From an uncultured Acidimicrobiaceae bacterium (GTDB taxonomy: Bacteria; Actinomycetota; Acidimicrobiia; Acidimicrobiales; Ilumatobacteraceae), in contig CAIZMV010000034.1 in the NCBI GenBank assembly GCA_903934195.1, forward strand, positions 2,419-66,418: DNA of 64,000 nt, read 5' to 3'. How positions within the stretch are numbered: the first letter of the stretch is position 1; each line of letters begins with the position of its first letter. Under the pieces are notes generated by a model, which was given only the letters and a program-made list of their open reading frames with translations, ran no database searches and had not been told where the DNA came from. The translations under genes were made by a program, and so were the position numbers. Below, one piece after another: positions 1-10,477 of the stretch.

Positions 1-1
1 A

Positions 2-1678
2 CCGGTTCGTGAATGGTCGCGTTGGCTTTCACTGCTGGCTGTTGCTGTTATCGGGAGTGCCGTTATTGCAATGCAGCCGGTGTTGCTTGAATCAAATGGA
101 CCTGAATCCGATGCGATCGTTGGGAATAAAGACATCACCGTTCTTCAGGTGATATTCGATGAGTTTCCTTTGTATTCACTTCTTGACAGCGATGGTCAAA
201 TCAATTCAGAGCGTTTCCCTGGGTTTGCCGAATTGGCAAAGGGTTCCACGTGGTACCGCAACGCTGTAGCCGAGTCGAACTTTACGCACCAAGCAGTGCC
301 TGCGGTGCTTGCGTCCCAAGTGCCGGATCAAGTTGGTGGTCCTTTTCTTGCTCAATACCCTAAGAACATCTTCACGCTATTTGCAGGCGCCTCGGATGTC
401 GGAGGAATTGAACCGGTAACTAGTTTGTGTCCACATTCAGTGTGTGGCGGAAAAGCGGGCGCTACGGCATCATTTAGCGCAGGCCGATTACAAACCTTTC
501 TACGAGATGCTGCGTATGTATACGGCCAACGCGTGTTCCCGCCAGTGTTGCGAAAGTATGTTCCCTCCATTGAAGGTACGTGGGGCGGTTTCGGAGCCGT
601 AGCTAATGAGTTCAAGGATCAGTTCGCTGTAGGCGCACTTTCGCAAGTAGATGCAATTGAACGTGGAGTAGACATCGTGTCAAAGTCCACGAGTCCACGA
701 GTACAAGTGGTGCATTCATTGTTGCCCCATGCGCCATGGCGAATCACTCCAGACCTTCGAGTCGATGAACTGTCTCCAACAATCTCAACACAGAATCCTG
801 ACGACGAAGAAGTGATTCGGGATATGTATCAGACCTTCTTGTATCAAGTCGGGGCTGCTGACCAAGTGATCACGAATCTGATAGCGAAACTAAAGCAGTC
901 AGGCAAATGGGACTCAACACTCTTGGTGGTAACTGCTGACCATGGCATCTCTTTTATACCCACAATGCCGCAGCGGCACACTGATTTCACCTACCCCGAA
1001 CAAGTCGCAGATATTTACAGAATTCCTACCTTTGTTAAGTACCCGAATCAGAAGGCGGGCGTTGCCAGCGATTGCGCCATCACTAACTTGGATCTATTGC
1101 CAACCATTATTGATGTCACTCAAACGAAGAGTTCTTGGACGTTTGCCGGGATGTCTCTTGCGAATGAATGTCCAACGGAAAGAACTCGCACCATTGTTTC
1201 GGCCACGGGTGAGTCGGCTGTACTTTCTGGCGGTTTCGAAGAAGTTCGTGAGCGAGCAGCGCACTACGCGCAGATTGTTTCCAATGTCGGTTCTATTCGT
1301 AAGGTCGCAGCCGTTGGCGAAAGTGCATCACTTATTGGCACCCGAATTGGTGACCACACTGTGGATAGTCGAATCTCTAGCTGGACCGCTAAGCAGAAGC
1401 GACTGTTTCAGAATGTGTCAGGTAAGCGAGGGGCAACTATTCCAGGAATGATTACAGGCAAAGTAACTCTGTCTCAGTCACTAGAGGACGGCACTGAGGG
1501 AATCATCACGGTCGACGGAGTTGCTGCGGGGGTCATCGGGGAATTGTCCGGTGCACGTTCAGTCGTCACATTTGCTTCTGTACTTGATTACACGCTGCTT
1601 ACGCCTGGGCCTCACACCATTGAGTTGTTCATCAGGAATCCTGATGGAACCATAACTTCAGTGGGCGCACCGAGTTAA
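2..1678 (+). CDS. Sulfatase-like (alkaline phosphatase superfamily) hydrolase/transferase, 5'-truncated by window edge
   Basis: The frame of ORF 71..1678 stays open back to nt 2. The first residues (WLSLLAVAVIGSAVIA) look like a TM helix. LLVVTADHGISF is a sulfatase/LTA-synthase-type catalytic motif. The C-terminus is beta-rich (TPGPHTIELFIRNPDGT). Confidence 0.7.
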   Translation, partial: PVREWSRWLSLLAVAVIGSAVIAMQPVLLESNGPESDAIVGNKDITVLQVIFDEFPLYSLLDSDGQINSERFPGFAELAKGSTWYRNAVAESNFTHQAVPAVLASQVPDQVGGPFLAQYPKNIFTLFAGASDVGGIEPVTSLCPHSVCGGKAGATASFSAGRLQTFLRDAAYVYGQRVFPPVLRKYVPSIEGTWGGFGAVANEFKDQFAVGALSQVDAIERGVDIVSKSTSPRVQVVHSLLPHAPWRITPDLRVDELSPTISTQNPDDEEVIRDMYQTFLYQVGAADQVITNLIAKLKQSGKWDSTLLVVTADHGISFIPTMPQRHTDFTYPEQVADIYRIPTFVKYPNQKAGVASDCAITNLDLLPTIIDVTQTKSSWTFAGMSLANECPTERTRTIVSATGESAVLSGGFEEVRERAAHYAQIVSNVGSIRKVAAVGESASLIGTRIGDHTVDSRISSWTAKQKRLFQNVSGKRGATIPGMITGKVTLSQSLEDGTEGIITVDGVAAGVIGELSGARSVVTFASVLDYTLLTPGPHTIELFIRNPDGTITSVGAPS

Positions 1679-3948
1679 TTGCGTCCGGTGATTTCTCGCC
1701 AATGATTCGGATCTTCTAAGAACTTGACGACGCGTGGAACGTCGTCGACATGAACGGGACGACTGAACAAATATCCCTGAGCTCTGTGGCATTCAAGAGA
1801 TAACAGTTGGTGTAGTTGTTCGGTGTTTTCTACGCCTTCTGCAACTATCTCAGCGCCCATTGCTGTAGCCATTGCAATAATCGTTCTTACTATGTTCTGC
1901 GTTGCCGCCTCAGCTACCACGTCATTGACAAATGCTCTGTCAATCTTGATGCATTGAATTGGGAAGCGTTGAAGAAGAGAGAGTGAGGAATAGCCAGTTC
2001 CGAAGTCGTCAATTGCAATGCGTACACCGAGGCCATGCAGTCGGTGCAGGGCCGCAAGGGCTTGGGTAGGTTCAGTAATCATCACGCTTTCGGTCACCTC
2101 AAGCCACAGTTGACCGGCGGGAATGCCAGAGGATGCGAGCGCCTCGGTGACGACTGTGACAAATTGCGGATCATGAAGTTGGCGTACTGAGACGTTGACG
2201 CTCATTGTTGTGCTTGGCGAACAGTGGCCAGCATCTATCCAGGATCGAAGTTGAGTGAGCGCATCGTTGATGGCCCACGAGCCAAGGGGGACAATGATGC
2301 CGGTTTCTTCTGCAATGGGGATGAATTCGTCCGGAGAAACAACTTGGGCTTGACCGCGATCCCAACGCATCAAAGCTTCGAAACCAACAACGAGTCCCAA
2401 ATCAATGTCAACTATCGGTTGATGTACCAGGTGTAATTCATTTCGCTCTAAGGCTCGGTACAAGGCGGTTTCGACATCGAGTCGCTTAGTCACGTTGTCG
2501 AGCATTGAGTCATCGAAGAGAGCTATGCAGTTCCTGCCAGCATTTTTTGCGCGGTACATGGCTGTATCGGCATGTCGCATTAGTTCGTTGGCGGATAACT
2601 CGACAGATGTAGGGGCATAGGCGACACCGATGCTTGCTGTTACAAACATGTCGCCGTCTCTTGTCTTGATCGGGCTGCGAAGTGAATCGAGTACTTGTTC
2701 TGCCAACAAAACCGATTGAGTCACAGTCTCGGTTGTTGCGTCTAAGACCACGAATTCATCTCCGGCAATTCGTGCGACTGTCGCATGGGCGGGCACTGCC
2801 GATGTAAGTCGACGCGAAACCTCTGTTAACACATCGTCTCCGATTGAGTGACCGAGGCTGTCGTTGATATTTTTGAATCTGTCAACATCAATGAAGAGCA
2901 CTGTGGGTTGGACGTGTGTTTTCCAAGAAGATCTCATTGCTGTTTCGATGTGTTGAAGCATGAGTACTCGGTTTGGCAATCCGGTGAGCGAATCCGTTAG
3001 TGCATTTCGAACAAGTTGGTCTTGTGTGGTGGCATTCAAGCGGACTGACTGCACGACTCGTGACATCACTACTGCAACAAGAATGCACACTGTAATGGTT
3101 CGAACAGTTGTGTCTTGTGTGTTGGCTGGTTTGTCGATTGCAAGAACAATGATGGGTGCAACAAGTGATGAAGTGGTGGTTAGGAGGCGCGTCATGAGCG
3201 CCGGCACGACCGTGTGGGAACCAGTTGCTGCAATATGACGAATAGCAGGGTGAGCGAACCCTGCGCCCGCTAACGCAATCGCCATCAGCAATGGTGCGTC
3301 AAGCGTGGCTGCCGAGAATGAGACGTCTCCACGAAACACGACAGCGCGCAAAATGAGGCCCGACAATGTAAGCGCAATGGCTATGCCAACAAATGCATTG
3401 GCAGGCGAGGGCACGGTCTGTGAAAAAAGCAGTGTGGCCAACAGAAAGAGAACGATCATTGCAACGCCAAGAGTGATGCTTCGAATTGTTGTGAATGTCG
3501 CAGAGTTGCCCGTTGCCCCCAGTGATGGCTGAACGAGATACACCCACACAACGAGCCAGGCTCCGATACCAACAATGAGTCCGTCGGCAAGAACATTTCC
3601 GGCTTGACCAATAAGGCGCCGCCGAATGATGAACACAAGACCGAGCACAATGAGAACCTGTGACGCGAGGAAAAGAGATTCTGGAACTAGCGAGTGCGGT
3701 GTATCCGCGTTGTCTTCAATGACTCGAGCGGCAATAAGGACTAGGCCTGTGATAGCCGTGATGAGGGAGACAGGAACAGGTGCTTTGTTGGTGGTAGCCC
3801 CGATGGCATAGCCGAGCAATGCGATTGCCATACAAACAACTGCGGGAACACTGCTGAAATTCTCAGCAATCAGAGCATGTGCTGCGCCGAGGCCTATGGC
3901 TGCGATTGCAAAGACCCAGGCAGTGGCTGAGAGGGCTTTACGTGTCAC
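1675..3948 (-). CDS. Membrane-anchored GGDEF/EAL domain protein (c-di-GMP diguanylate cyclase/phosphodiesterase)
   Basis: 757 aa. About 300 aa of hydrophobic N-terminal multi-TM region. GGDEF domain with an AGDEF variant (ARIAGDEFVVL). EAL domain motifs present: FEALMRW, DDFGTGYSSL, IKIDRAF, EGVE, QGY. Confidence 0.9.
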   Translation of the reverse strand: MTRKALSATAWVFAIAAIGLGAAHALIAENFSSVPAVVCMAIALLGYAIGATTNKAPVPVSLITAITGLVLIAARVIEDNADTPHSLVPESLFLASQVLIVLGLVFIIRRRLIGQAGNVLADGLIVGIGAWLVVWVYLVQPSLGATGNSATFTTIRSITLGVAMIVLFLLATLLFSQTVPSPANAFVGIAIALTLSGLILRAVVFRGDVSFSAATLDAPLLMAIALAGAGFAHPAIRHIAATGSHTVVPALMTRLLTTTSSLVAPIIVLAIDKPANTQDTTVRTITVCILVAVVMSRVVQSVRLNATTQDQLVRNALTDSLTGLPNRVLMLQHIETAMRSSWKTHVQPTVLFIDVDRFKNINDSLGHSIGDDVLTEVSRRLTSAVPAHATVARIAGDEFVVLDATTETVTQSVLLAEQVLDSLRSPIKTRDGDMFVTASIGVAYAPTSVELSANELMRHADTAMYRAKNAGRNCIALFDDSMLDNVTKRLDVETALYRALERNELHLVHQPIVDIDLGLVVGFEALMRWDRGQAQVVSPDEFIPIAEETGIIVPLGSWAINDALTQLRSWIDAGHCSPSTTMSVNVSVRQLHDPQFVTVVTEALASSGIPAGQLWLEVTESVMITEPTQALAALHRLHGLGVRIAIDDFGTGYSSLSLLQRFPIQCIKIDRAFVNDVVAEAATQNIVRTIIAMATAMGAEIVAEGVENTEQLHQLLSLECHRAQGYLFSRPVHVDDVPRVVKFLEDPNHWREITGRN

Positions 3949-4065
3949 TTTGTCTCGAAATCTGCATGTGGTGACCGCCCAATCGAACCCAAATGACGGT
4001 ACTACGAGTGGGGTTCACGGAAGGGGAGCCTGTATCTCAGTGTCAGAAAGATAGTCTGAAGGCAC

Positions 4066-5061
4066 ATGACCACCGTTGCTCCCACCGTCACGGTCGTTGT
4101 ACCAGGCGCCCATCTCATGGCTGAATTGCTTGGACAACGCGATGAACTATTGCGCCGAGTCGAAGATGCATTCCCCGATGTCGCAGTAGTGGTGAGAGGC
4201 AACGAGATTGGTTGCTCGGGTCCTCGAGCCCACCAAGTTGGTCGTTTGTTCGAAGAGATGGTTCTTCTCCTCCAAAGTGGCGAGCGACTCGATCAGTCGG
4301 TAATGGATCGCAGCATTGTGATGGTTCGTGCCGAACAACGTCCGAGCAGCGTTTTGACCGATGACATTTTGAAAGGCTCGAGAGGACGCATGGTGCGCCC
4401 AAAGACTGCTGGTCAGAAACGGTATGTCGATGCCATTCGGGAAAACACCATCACCTTCGGTGTTGGGCCAGCGGGAACAGGAAAGAGTTGGCTTGCCGTA
4501 GCAATGGCTGTGCAGGCTCTTCATGCCCGACAAGTTCAACGAATTGTGCTGACAAGACCGGCTGTAGAAGCTGGAGAGCGTCTTGGCTTCTTGCCAGGAG
4601 ACTTGATGGCAAAGATTGATCCGTACCTTCGGCCTCTATATGACGCTCTCTACGACATGATGGACCCTGAAGCAGCAGTGAAATTGATCGAGCGTCAAAC
4701 AATTGAAGTTGCTCCACTCGCGTTTATGCGAGGAAGAACACTGAATAATTCTTTCATCATTCTCGACGAAGCTCAGAACACAACTCCGGAACAAATGAAG
4801 ATGCTGTTGACAAGAGTGGGATTCGGCTCAAAGGTTGTCATCACAGGCGATGTTTCACAGATAGATGTTCCAGACGGACGTAGCGGATTAGTTGGCCTAG
4901 AGAAAAAACTGGGGCATATCGATTCACTGGCATTTGTGTATCTAGACGGTTCTGATGTGGTTCGCCATCGAATCGTTGCTGACATTGTTGCCGCGTACGA
5001 GCGATTTACTAATGCTGAGGCGCGGCGAAGTTCAGCGCGTAAGGCTGCCCGTGATGACTGA
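4066..5061 (+). CDS. phoH: PhoH-like ATPase
   Basis: Walker A GPAGTGKSWLAV. PhoH signature region LTRPAVEAGERLGFLPGD. Conserved position upstream of ybeY. Confidence 0.92.
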   Translation: MTTVAPTVTVVVPGAHLMAELLGQRDELLRRVEDAFPDVAVVVRGNEIGCSGPRAHQVGRLFEEMVLLLQSGERLDQSVMDRSIVMVRAEQRPSSVLTDDILKGSRGRMVRPKTAGQKRYVDAIRENTITFGVGPAGTGKSWLAVAMAVQALHARQVQRIVLTRPAVEAGERLGFLPGDLMAKIDPYLRPLYDALYDMMDPEAAVKLIERQTIEVAPLAFMRGRTLNNSFIILDEAQNTTPEQMKMLLTRVGFGSKVVITGDVSQIDVPDGRSGLVGLEKKLGHIDSLAFVYLDGSDVVRHRIVADIVAAYERFTNAEARRSSARKAARDD

Positions 5062-5647
5062 GTCTCGACCGAGAATTCATGTGCCTCGTCGCGCAGGTGG
5101 TGATGGAGTTCCTGAAGTGTTCTGTTCGGACGAACAATCTGGAAGCACGATTGATCTTGCACGCTGGCGCCAACTAGCGATTTCTGCACTTCTGCACGAA
5201 GGGGTGCACGGAGCATGTGAGTTGTCAGTGTTTTTCGTAGACGAACCAACAATGGCAGACCTGAACAAGGAACACATGGGCAAGGTTGGCCCTACTGATG
5301 TCTTGGCTTTCCCCTTAGATGCGGCCGACATGATTGAACAACAGGGTCCTGGTGCTCTCACGCGCGGACCAGCTAGACCGCATCCGGACAATGATGACGT
5401 GCCGACACTATTAGGAGATGTTGTTCTTTGCCCCGTTGTGGCTGAGCGCCAGGCTCCAACGCATGCTGGGACTTTTGACGATGAAGTTGCACTACTTTTG
5501 GTGCATGGAATCTTGCATGTCCTTGGTTTTGATCATCATGACGAAGAGACAAAGACGGTCATGCGGGCTCGAGAGTTGGCAATCTTGACCGAACATCATT
5601 GGGCGGGTCCTGCACCTGTCGAATTCAGACAGGAACAAGACGAATGA
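5054..5647 (+). CDS. ybeY: Endoribonuclease YbeY (rRNA maturation factor)
   Basis: HGILHVLGFDH zinc-binding motif. The ATG at 5054 overlaps the phoH stop (ATGA). The GTG at 5117 with an upstream GGAG is an alternative start. The ORF-track start at 4955 lies inside phoH and is not credible. Confidence 0.88.
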   Translation: MTESRPRIHVPRRAGGDGVPEVFCSDEQSGSTIDLARWRQLAISALLHEGVHGACELSVFFVDEPTMADLNKEHMGKVGPTDVLAFPLDAADMIEQQGPGALTRGPARPHPDNDDVPTLLGDVVLCPVVAERQAPTHAGTFDDEVALLLVHGILHVLGFDHHDEETKTVMRARELAILTEHHWAGPAPVEFRQEQDE

Positions 5648-6927
5648 TCGCAACTTCTCCAACCACAGTCGATTGGTGGATGCTGATCGGAATTCTGATT
5701 CTTTTAGGAATTTTGATGGTTCTTTCAATTGCGGAGATGGGTCTTTCGCGCGTGTCGAAGCCGAAGGCTCAGGCATTGGCTGATTCCGGTGCCCGCGGTG
5801 GTTCAGCACTCCTTGGCTTGGTTACTCATCCCGAGCGGTGGGTAAATCCGTTGTTGTTGTCTGTGAACGTGTGCCAAACGGTTCAGGCAACCTTGACCGG
5901 AGTAGTAGCAGGACGATTGTTTGGGCCCGCCGGAGTGGCCATAGGTGTTGTCCTCAACGTTGTTGTGTTCTTTGTCTTTGCAGAAGCAGTACCAAAGACG
6001 TATGCGATTTTGCATTCTGACAGGGCTGCTTTGTCGACATCTCGTTTGATTTCTCTTCTGGTGGGTTTTTATCCGTTGACAAAAATTTCCCAAGGTCTTA
6101 TCGGGTTGACGAACATCGTTGTAAAGGGCAAGGGGCTGGAACAGGGGCCATTCATTGGAGAACAAGAATTCCTAGGCATGGTGGAAGCTGCTGTTGAAGA
6201 TGAAGTAATCGAACATGAAGAACGTGCCTTGATCGAATCCATTATTGAATTCGGAGACACGATTGTGCGCGAGATTATGCGTCCTCGCCCTGACATTGTG
6301 AGTGTTGATTCTGGTGAAACGCTCGACATGGCCTTGGATGAGGCATTTGAACACGGCGTTAGTCGATTGCCAGTGATGCGAAATGACGAAGAAGATAACG
6401 AAGATGTTCTTGGAATTGTGTACGCGAAGGACATCATGAAGGCGGTTCGTTCCGGACTCGGGTCTGACCCAGTTGATTCGCTTGTCCGCACTGCTGTCGT
6501 TATTCCTGAGAACAAGCCAGTTGCGAAACTGATGCGTGAGATGCAACGCGATCACTTCCATATGGCCATCGTTGCTGACGAGTACGGCAGCATTACTGGT
6601 CTAGTTACGCTAGAAGATTGTCTTGAAGAACTGGTAGGTGAAATCGTGGACGAGCACGACGACGAAGTACCTGATGTTCGAAATCTGCCCAATGGTGAGT
6701 CATTGGTAGACGCTGGTATGTCCATTGAAGATTTCAACGAGCACTTCGATGTAGATCTACCTGACGCCGAATTTGACACTGTTGGAGGGTTCCTTTTCGG
6801 AGTTCTCGAACATGTTCCTGTAGTTGGCGAAACCCTTGAGATAGAGGGATGGCGCTTTGTCGTTGAGGCTCTCGAAGGGCGCCGCATCACCGAAGTTCGT
6901 TTGATGCCCACGATTGGTACCGAGTAA
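5644..6927 (+). CDS. CNNM/hemolysin-like membrane protein (DUF21 + CBS pair + CorC_HlyC)
   Basis: N-terminal TM region, tandem CBS region and a C-terminal CorC/HlyC-like segment. The ATG at 5644 overlaps the ybeY stop (ATGA). Canonical phoH-ybeY-CNNM order. Confidence 0.88.
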   Translation: MIATSPTTVDWWMLIGILILLGILMVLSIAEMGLSRVSKPKAQALADSGARGGSALLGLVTHPERWVNPLLLSVNVCQTVQATLTGVVAGRLFGPAGVAIGVVLNVVVFFVFAEAVPKTYAILHSDRAALSTSRLISLLVGFYPLTKISQGLIGLTNIVVKGKGLEQGPFIGEQEFLGMVEAAVEDEVIEHEERALIESIIEFGDTIVREIMRPRPDIVSVDSGETLDMALDEAFEHGVSRLPVMRNDEEDNEDVLGIVYAKDIMKAVRSGLGSDPVDSLVRTAVVIPENKPVAKLMREMQRDHFHMAIVADEYGSITGLVTLEDCLEELVGEIVDEHDDEVPDVRNLPNGESLVDAGMSIEDFNEHFDVDLPDAEFDTVGGFLFGVLEHVPVVGETLEIEGWRFVVEALEGRRITEVRLMPTIGTE

Positions 6928-6961
6928 CGCCTTCGCTCTCTAACTTCTGTAACTTGGCGAA

Positions 6962-7711
6962 ATGGAAGTTTCACTAAAAGGCAAAGTCGCACTCGTTACG
7001 GGAGCATCACGAGGAATTGGTCTGGCGATTGCCAAGACATTCGCAGAATCAGGCGCGAGCGTCATGATGGTCTCTCGCAAGATTGATGAATCAGCAATGG
7101 AAGGTATTGAAGGCGAAGTTGCTATTCGTCCGGCCAATGTTGGAGACCCAACTGCCGCTACTGATGTTGTTCGCGAAACTATTGCAAAGTTCGGGCGCCT
7201 TGACATTTTGGTCAACAACGCTGCAACCAACCCGTACTACGGACCAACAATGGGCGTCGATGAAGGTCGTTATGACAAGACTTTTCAAATCAACCTGAAG
7301 GCTCCATTGCAGTGGACACAAGCTGCATACGAGGCCGCATTCAAAGAGAACCCTGGCGTGATTATCAATATTGCATCGGTAGGTGGACTTCGAACCGATG
7401 GCGGCGGACTTGGCGTCTACAACTTGACCAAAGCTGCGTTGATTCACTTCACGCGTCAACTTGCCAGTGAGATTGGTCCGAACAGGGTCATTGGAATTGC
7501 GCCCGGATTAGTAAAGACAGATTTCGCAGGGTTCTTGGTTGAGAACTTTGGTGACAAGATTGCCGCAACTGTTCCTTTGAAGCGTCTAGGTGAACCAGAG
7601 GACATAGCCAACTTCGCTACGTTCCTTGCATCAGATTCCGCGAGTTGGATAACCGGAGAAACCTATGTCATTGACGGTGGCGCCGGGCTCAACACCTCGA
7701 ACGCCGGTTAA
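6962..7711 (+). CDS. Short-chain dehydrogenase/reductase (SDR) family oxidoreductase
   Basis: TGASRGIG cofactor motif near the N-terminus. NNAA motif. About 249 aa, the classical SDR length. Confidence 0.85.
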   Translation: MEVSLKGKVALVTGASRGIGLAIAKTFAESGASVMMVSRKIDESAMEGIEGEVAIRPANVGDPTAATDVVRETIAKFGRLDILVNNAATNPYYGPTMGVDEGRYDKTFQINLKAPLQWTQAAYEAAFKENPGVIINIASVGGLRTDGGGLGVYNLTKAALIHFTRQLASEIGPNRVIGIAPGLVKTDFAGFLVENFGDKIAATVPLKRLGEPEDIANFATFLASDSASWITGETYVIDGGAGLNTSNAG

Positions 7712-8874
7712 GGCTTCTTCAAACTCTCCACAAGTAACGAGCGCTGCGGTTTGCCAAGCGCGGTTCTAGGAATTTCACTGACGATATGAAGTTGTCGCGG
7801 AGCGCAATGTGCGGGAAGTGTCTGTTTGACATGAGCCCGAACTGCATTTAATGAGGGTTTGTCTGTGCTTGTCGTGACTAGCCACACGTGAACTGCGTGA
7901 CCCCATTCGGGGTCTGGAACGCCCGCAACACAGAGGTCGGTAACGTCTGGAAAATCACGTAGAGCATCCTCCACGTTGTCTGGCCAAATATTCTCGCCGC
8001 CAGAAATAATGAGGTCACTGTCGCGACCCTCTATCTGCAGCACTCCATCATCTGATATCGACCCTCTGTCGCCCGTGCGGAACCAACCATTGCTATCAAG
8101 AGGCACGGAGCCATCACGATACGCGCGCAGCAGCATTGGTGCTTTTATGTAGACGATGGAATCTCGAATTTCTAACTCAACACCCCGAAGTGCCTTGCCG
8201 TTGTACACAACGCCGCTACCTGATTCAGTTAACCCATAGGTGGTAACGCAATTTGCTGGCAACTGCGAAGCTTGACGCGACCCGCCCAAGACAATGGTGC
8301 GGAACAACGATGGGTCAATCCTTTGAAGCGCTGTAGAAACAAGTGACACAAGAGTGGCGCCTGATTTGGCTGCTTCTTCGTACGAGACTGGTGAAAAACT
8401 CGGCACGGGAATAAGGGAAGTACCCATAATGAGAGAACGTGTAATGACTGAAAGTCCGCCCACGTGCGAAGGTGGAAGGCAAGCGAGCCACGTATCGCGC
8501 AGGGAAACGTTCAGTCGTTCAGTGGTTGCTCGGGCGCTTGCTTCTACGGCTGACATGGTCAGCACTGCAGCCTTCGCAACGCCAGAGGTTCCACTGGTTG
8601 CTACAACGACGGCATCACCTGGTTCAACGGGTAGTCCATCAACGCGCGTGTCGCCGTCAATGGTGGCCATGATTGTCGGTTTGACCACGTTAAGTATGAG
8701 TTCACGAGCCGCGAGAGGCAGCCGTTGATCAAGTGGGAAGATGGCATCATCGTTGTCCCAGGCACGCGACAGACGGTCAACGAAAAGTTGGCTGTTTGCC
8801 ATATCAAGACATACCAACTCGTTCACGTATCTAGCGTACGACTCGTGCGACACTAGAGACATGACTTCTCCCAT
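7708..8874 (-). CDS. menE: o-succinylbenzoate-CoA ligase (AMP-binding enzyme)
   Basis: AMP-binding motif ATSGTSGVAKA. About 388 aa, short for an adenylate-forming enzyme but typical of MenE. Embedded in the men cluster. The start may be at 8862 (M5). Confidence 0.75.
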   Translation of the reverse strand: MGEVMSLVSHESYARYVNELVCLDMANSQLFVDRLSRAWDNDDAIFPLDQRLPLAARELILNVVKPTIMATIDGDTRVDGLPVEPGDAVVVATSGTSGVAKAAVLTMSAVEASARATTERLNVSLRDTWLACLPPSHVGGLSVITRSLIMGTSLIPVPSFSPVSYEEAAKSGATLVSLVSTALQRIDPSLFRTIVLGGSRQASQLPANCVTTYGLTESGSGVVYNGKALRGVELEIRDSIVYIKAPMLLRAYRDGSVPLDSNGWFRTGDRGSISDDGVLQIEGRDSDLIISGGENIWPDNVEDALRDFPDVTDLCVAGVPDPEWGHAVHVWLVTTSTDKPSLNAVRAHVKQTLPAHCAPRQLHIVSEIPRTALGKPQRSLLVESLKKP

Positions 8875-9766
8875 AAACCCTTCAAGCCTCGGATGGAAGA
8901 AATGGATTCTTGGCGCTCGACCACGTACGTTGCCGGCAGCGATCGTGCCTGTGCTTGTTGGTGTTGCATGCGCAAGTGGTGCGCCAACCCCCGTCTGGTG
9001 GCGTGGAGTCTTGGCGGGCGTGGTTAGTTTGGCTCTACAAGTGGGTGTTAATTACGCCAATGATTATTCAGACGGCGTGAAGGGGACTGATGCAGTTCGT
9101 GTTGGCCCTTTACGTCTGGTTGGGTCTGGCGCGGCAACCGCCTCGCACGTTAAAAGAGCTGCGTTCATAATGTTTGGAATTGCAGCATGTGCCGGACTGG
9201 CGCTTGCCCTAATGACATCACTTTGGTTGGTGTTGGTTGGTGCCTTAGCGATCGTTGCAGCGTGGACCTACACAGGCGGACCGCGACCATACGGCTATGC
9301 AGGATGGGGTGAAGTATTTGTCTTTATCTTTTTCGGAGTAGTGGCAACTACTGGGTCTGAGTTTGTAGTTTCAGAAAAGTTCACATGGGCCGGAGTTGTA
9401 GCCAGCGTTGCTGTCGGATGTATTGCATGTTCTTTACTTGTGATCAACAATCTGCGAGATATCCCCGGTGACACCGTTGCTGGTAAGAACACCCTTGCGG
9501 TGAAACTAGGCGACGCGAACACTCGCAAGTTCTTCGCGCTGTTAGTTGTTCTCGCGGCGTTATCCATTTGCGCGACCGCAGTTTTGTTGAGTGCCTACGC
9601 GCTATTTGGTCTTGTGGGAATAGTTGTACTTCGACCAGCGCTCGAAGCGCTCGCACGTGGCGCAAAAGGGAAAGATCTGATCATTGTTCTTGGCAATGTT
9701 GGTCGAGCGCAGTTGGTCTTGGGAATCACTTTTGGTGCAGGGATTGCACTTTCAATCGTTCCGTAG
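8861..9766 (+). CDS. menA: 1,4-dihydroxy-2-naphthoate polyprenyltransferase
   Basis: UbiA-family motif NYANDYSDGVKGTD. Polytopic membrane protein. The ATG at 8861 gives about 301 aa. The ORF-track start at 8741 lies inside menE. Confidence 0.85.
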   Translation: MTSPINPSSLGWKKWILGARPRTLPAAIVPVLVGVACASGAPTPVWWRGVLAGVVSLALQVGVNYANDYSDGVKGTDAVRVGPLRLVGSGAATASHVKRAAFIMFGIAACAGLALALMTSLWLVLVGALAIVAAWTYTGGPRPYGYAGWGEVFVFIFFGVVATTGSEFVVSEKFTWAGVVASVAVGCIACSLLVINNLRDIPGDTVAGKNTLAVKLGDANTRKFFALLVVLAALSICATAVLLSAYALFGLVGIVVLRPALEALARGAKGKDLIIVLGNVGRAQLVLGITFGAGIALSIVP

Positions 9767-10477
9767 AACTATCGAGTCAAGTAGCTTGCCGACAACTGTC
9801 GGGTTTTCTAAGTGAACGGTATGCCCGACATCTGGAACCACAGTTACATCTCCCGATTGAAGAAGTGGCTGCATGTCCTTCGCAATTGCAGTGAACTTCG
9901 CGTCCGTTTCGCCAACAATTAGATGAACCGGCATTGAAAGCTTGTGTAAGTGAGACCATTGAGATTCCTGAGTGCCTGTCCCTGCAAAGCGCAATGAGTC
10001 TGCAAGGCCCTTCGCGCTGTTTCGAAGCCGATTGTCTTTTTGGTTAGTGCTGTCGGTCAATCCTGCGAAAATGGGAAGCGCCAACCACTCATCAATGAAT
10101 GCATGTGTACCAATCTTTTCAATTCGTTCAGCTAGTTCGTTGTCGCTATTACGTCGTGCAATTCTTTCGGTCTCGGTTGCGAGTCCTGGAGTACCGCTAA
10201 TGAGCACCAACTGAGAAACCAAGTGAGGGTGCAGTAAAGCTACGTGTAGAGCCATGCGTGCCCCCATTGAGTATCCGACGAGAATGCCAGGTTGCATCGC
10301 TATGGCGATGTCGTCTGCACATTGAGGAAGGGAACGGGCGCCGTTGTGGTTAGTGCCATGACCAGGCGCATCTAGGCATAGTGGCGAGAAACCTGAATGC
10401 ATTGCCTGCAAAACAGGAGACCATGATTCACCTGTCTGTGTGAATCCGTGAAGAAAGGTTACGAAGGGCGTGGTCAA
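9752..10477 (-). CDS. menH: Alpha/beta hydrolase, probable SHCHC synthase
   Basis: N-terminal HGF oxyanion region (FLHGFTQTGESW). Nucleophile elbow GYSMGARM. 241 aa. Located in the men cluster. Confidence 0.7.
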   Translation of the reverse strand: MTTPFVTFLHGFTQTGESWSPVLQAMHSGFSPLCLDAPGHGTNHNGARSLPQCADDIAIAMQPGILVGYSMGARMALHVALLHPHLVSQLVLISGTPGLATETERIARRNSDNELAERIEKIGTHAFIDEWLALPIFAGLTDSTNQKDNRLRNSAKGLADSLRFAGTGTQESQWSHLHKLSMPVHLIVGETDAKFTAIAKDMQPLLQSGDVTVVPDVGHTVHLENPTVVGKLLDSIVLRND

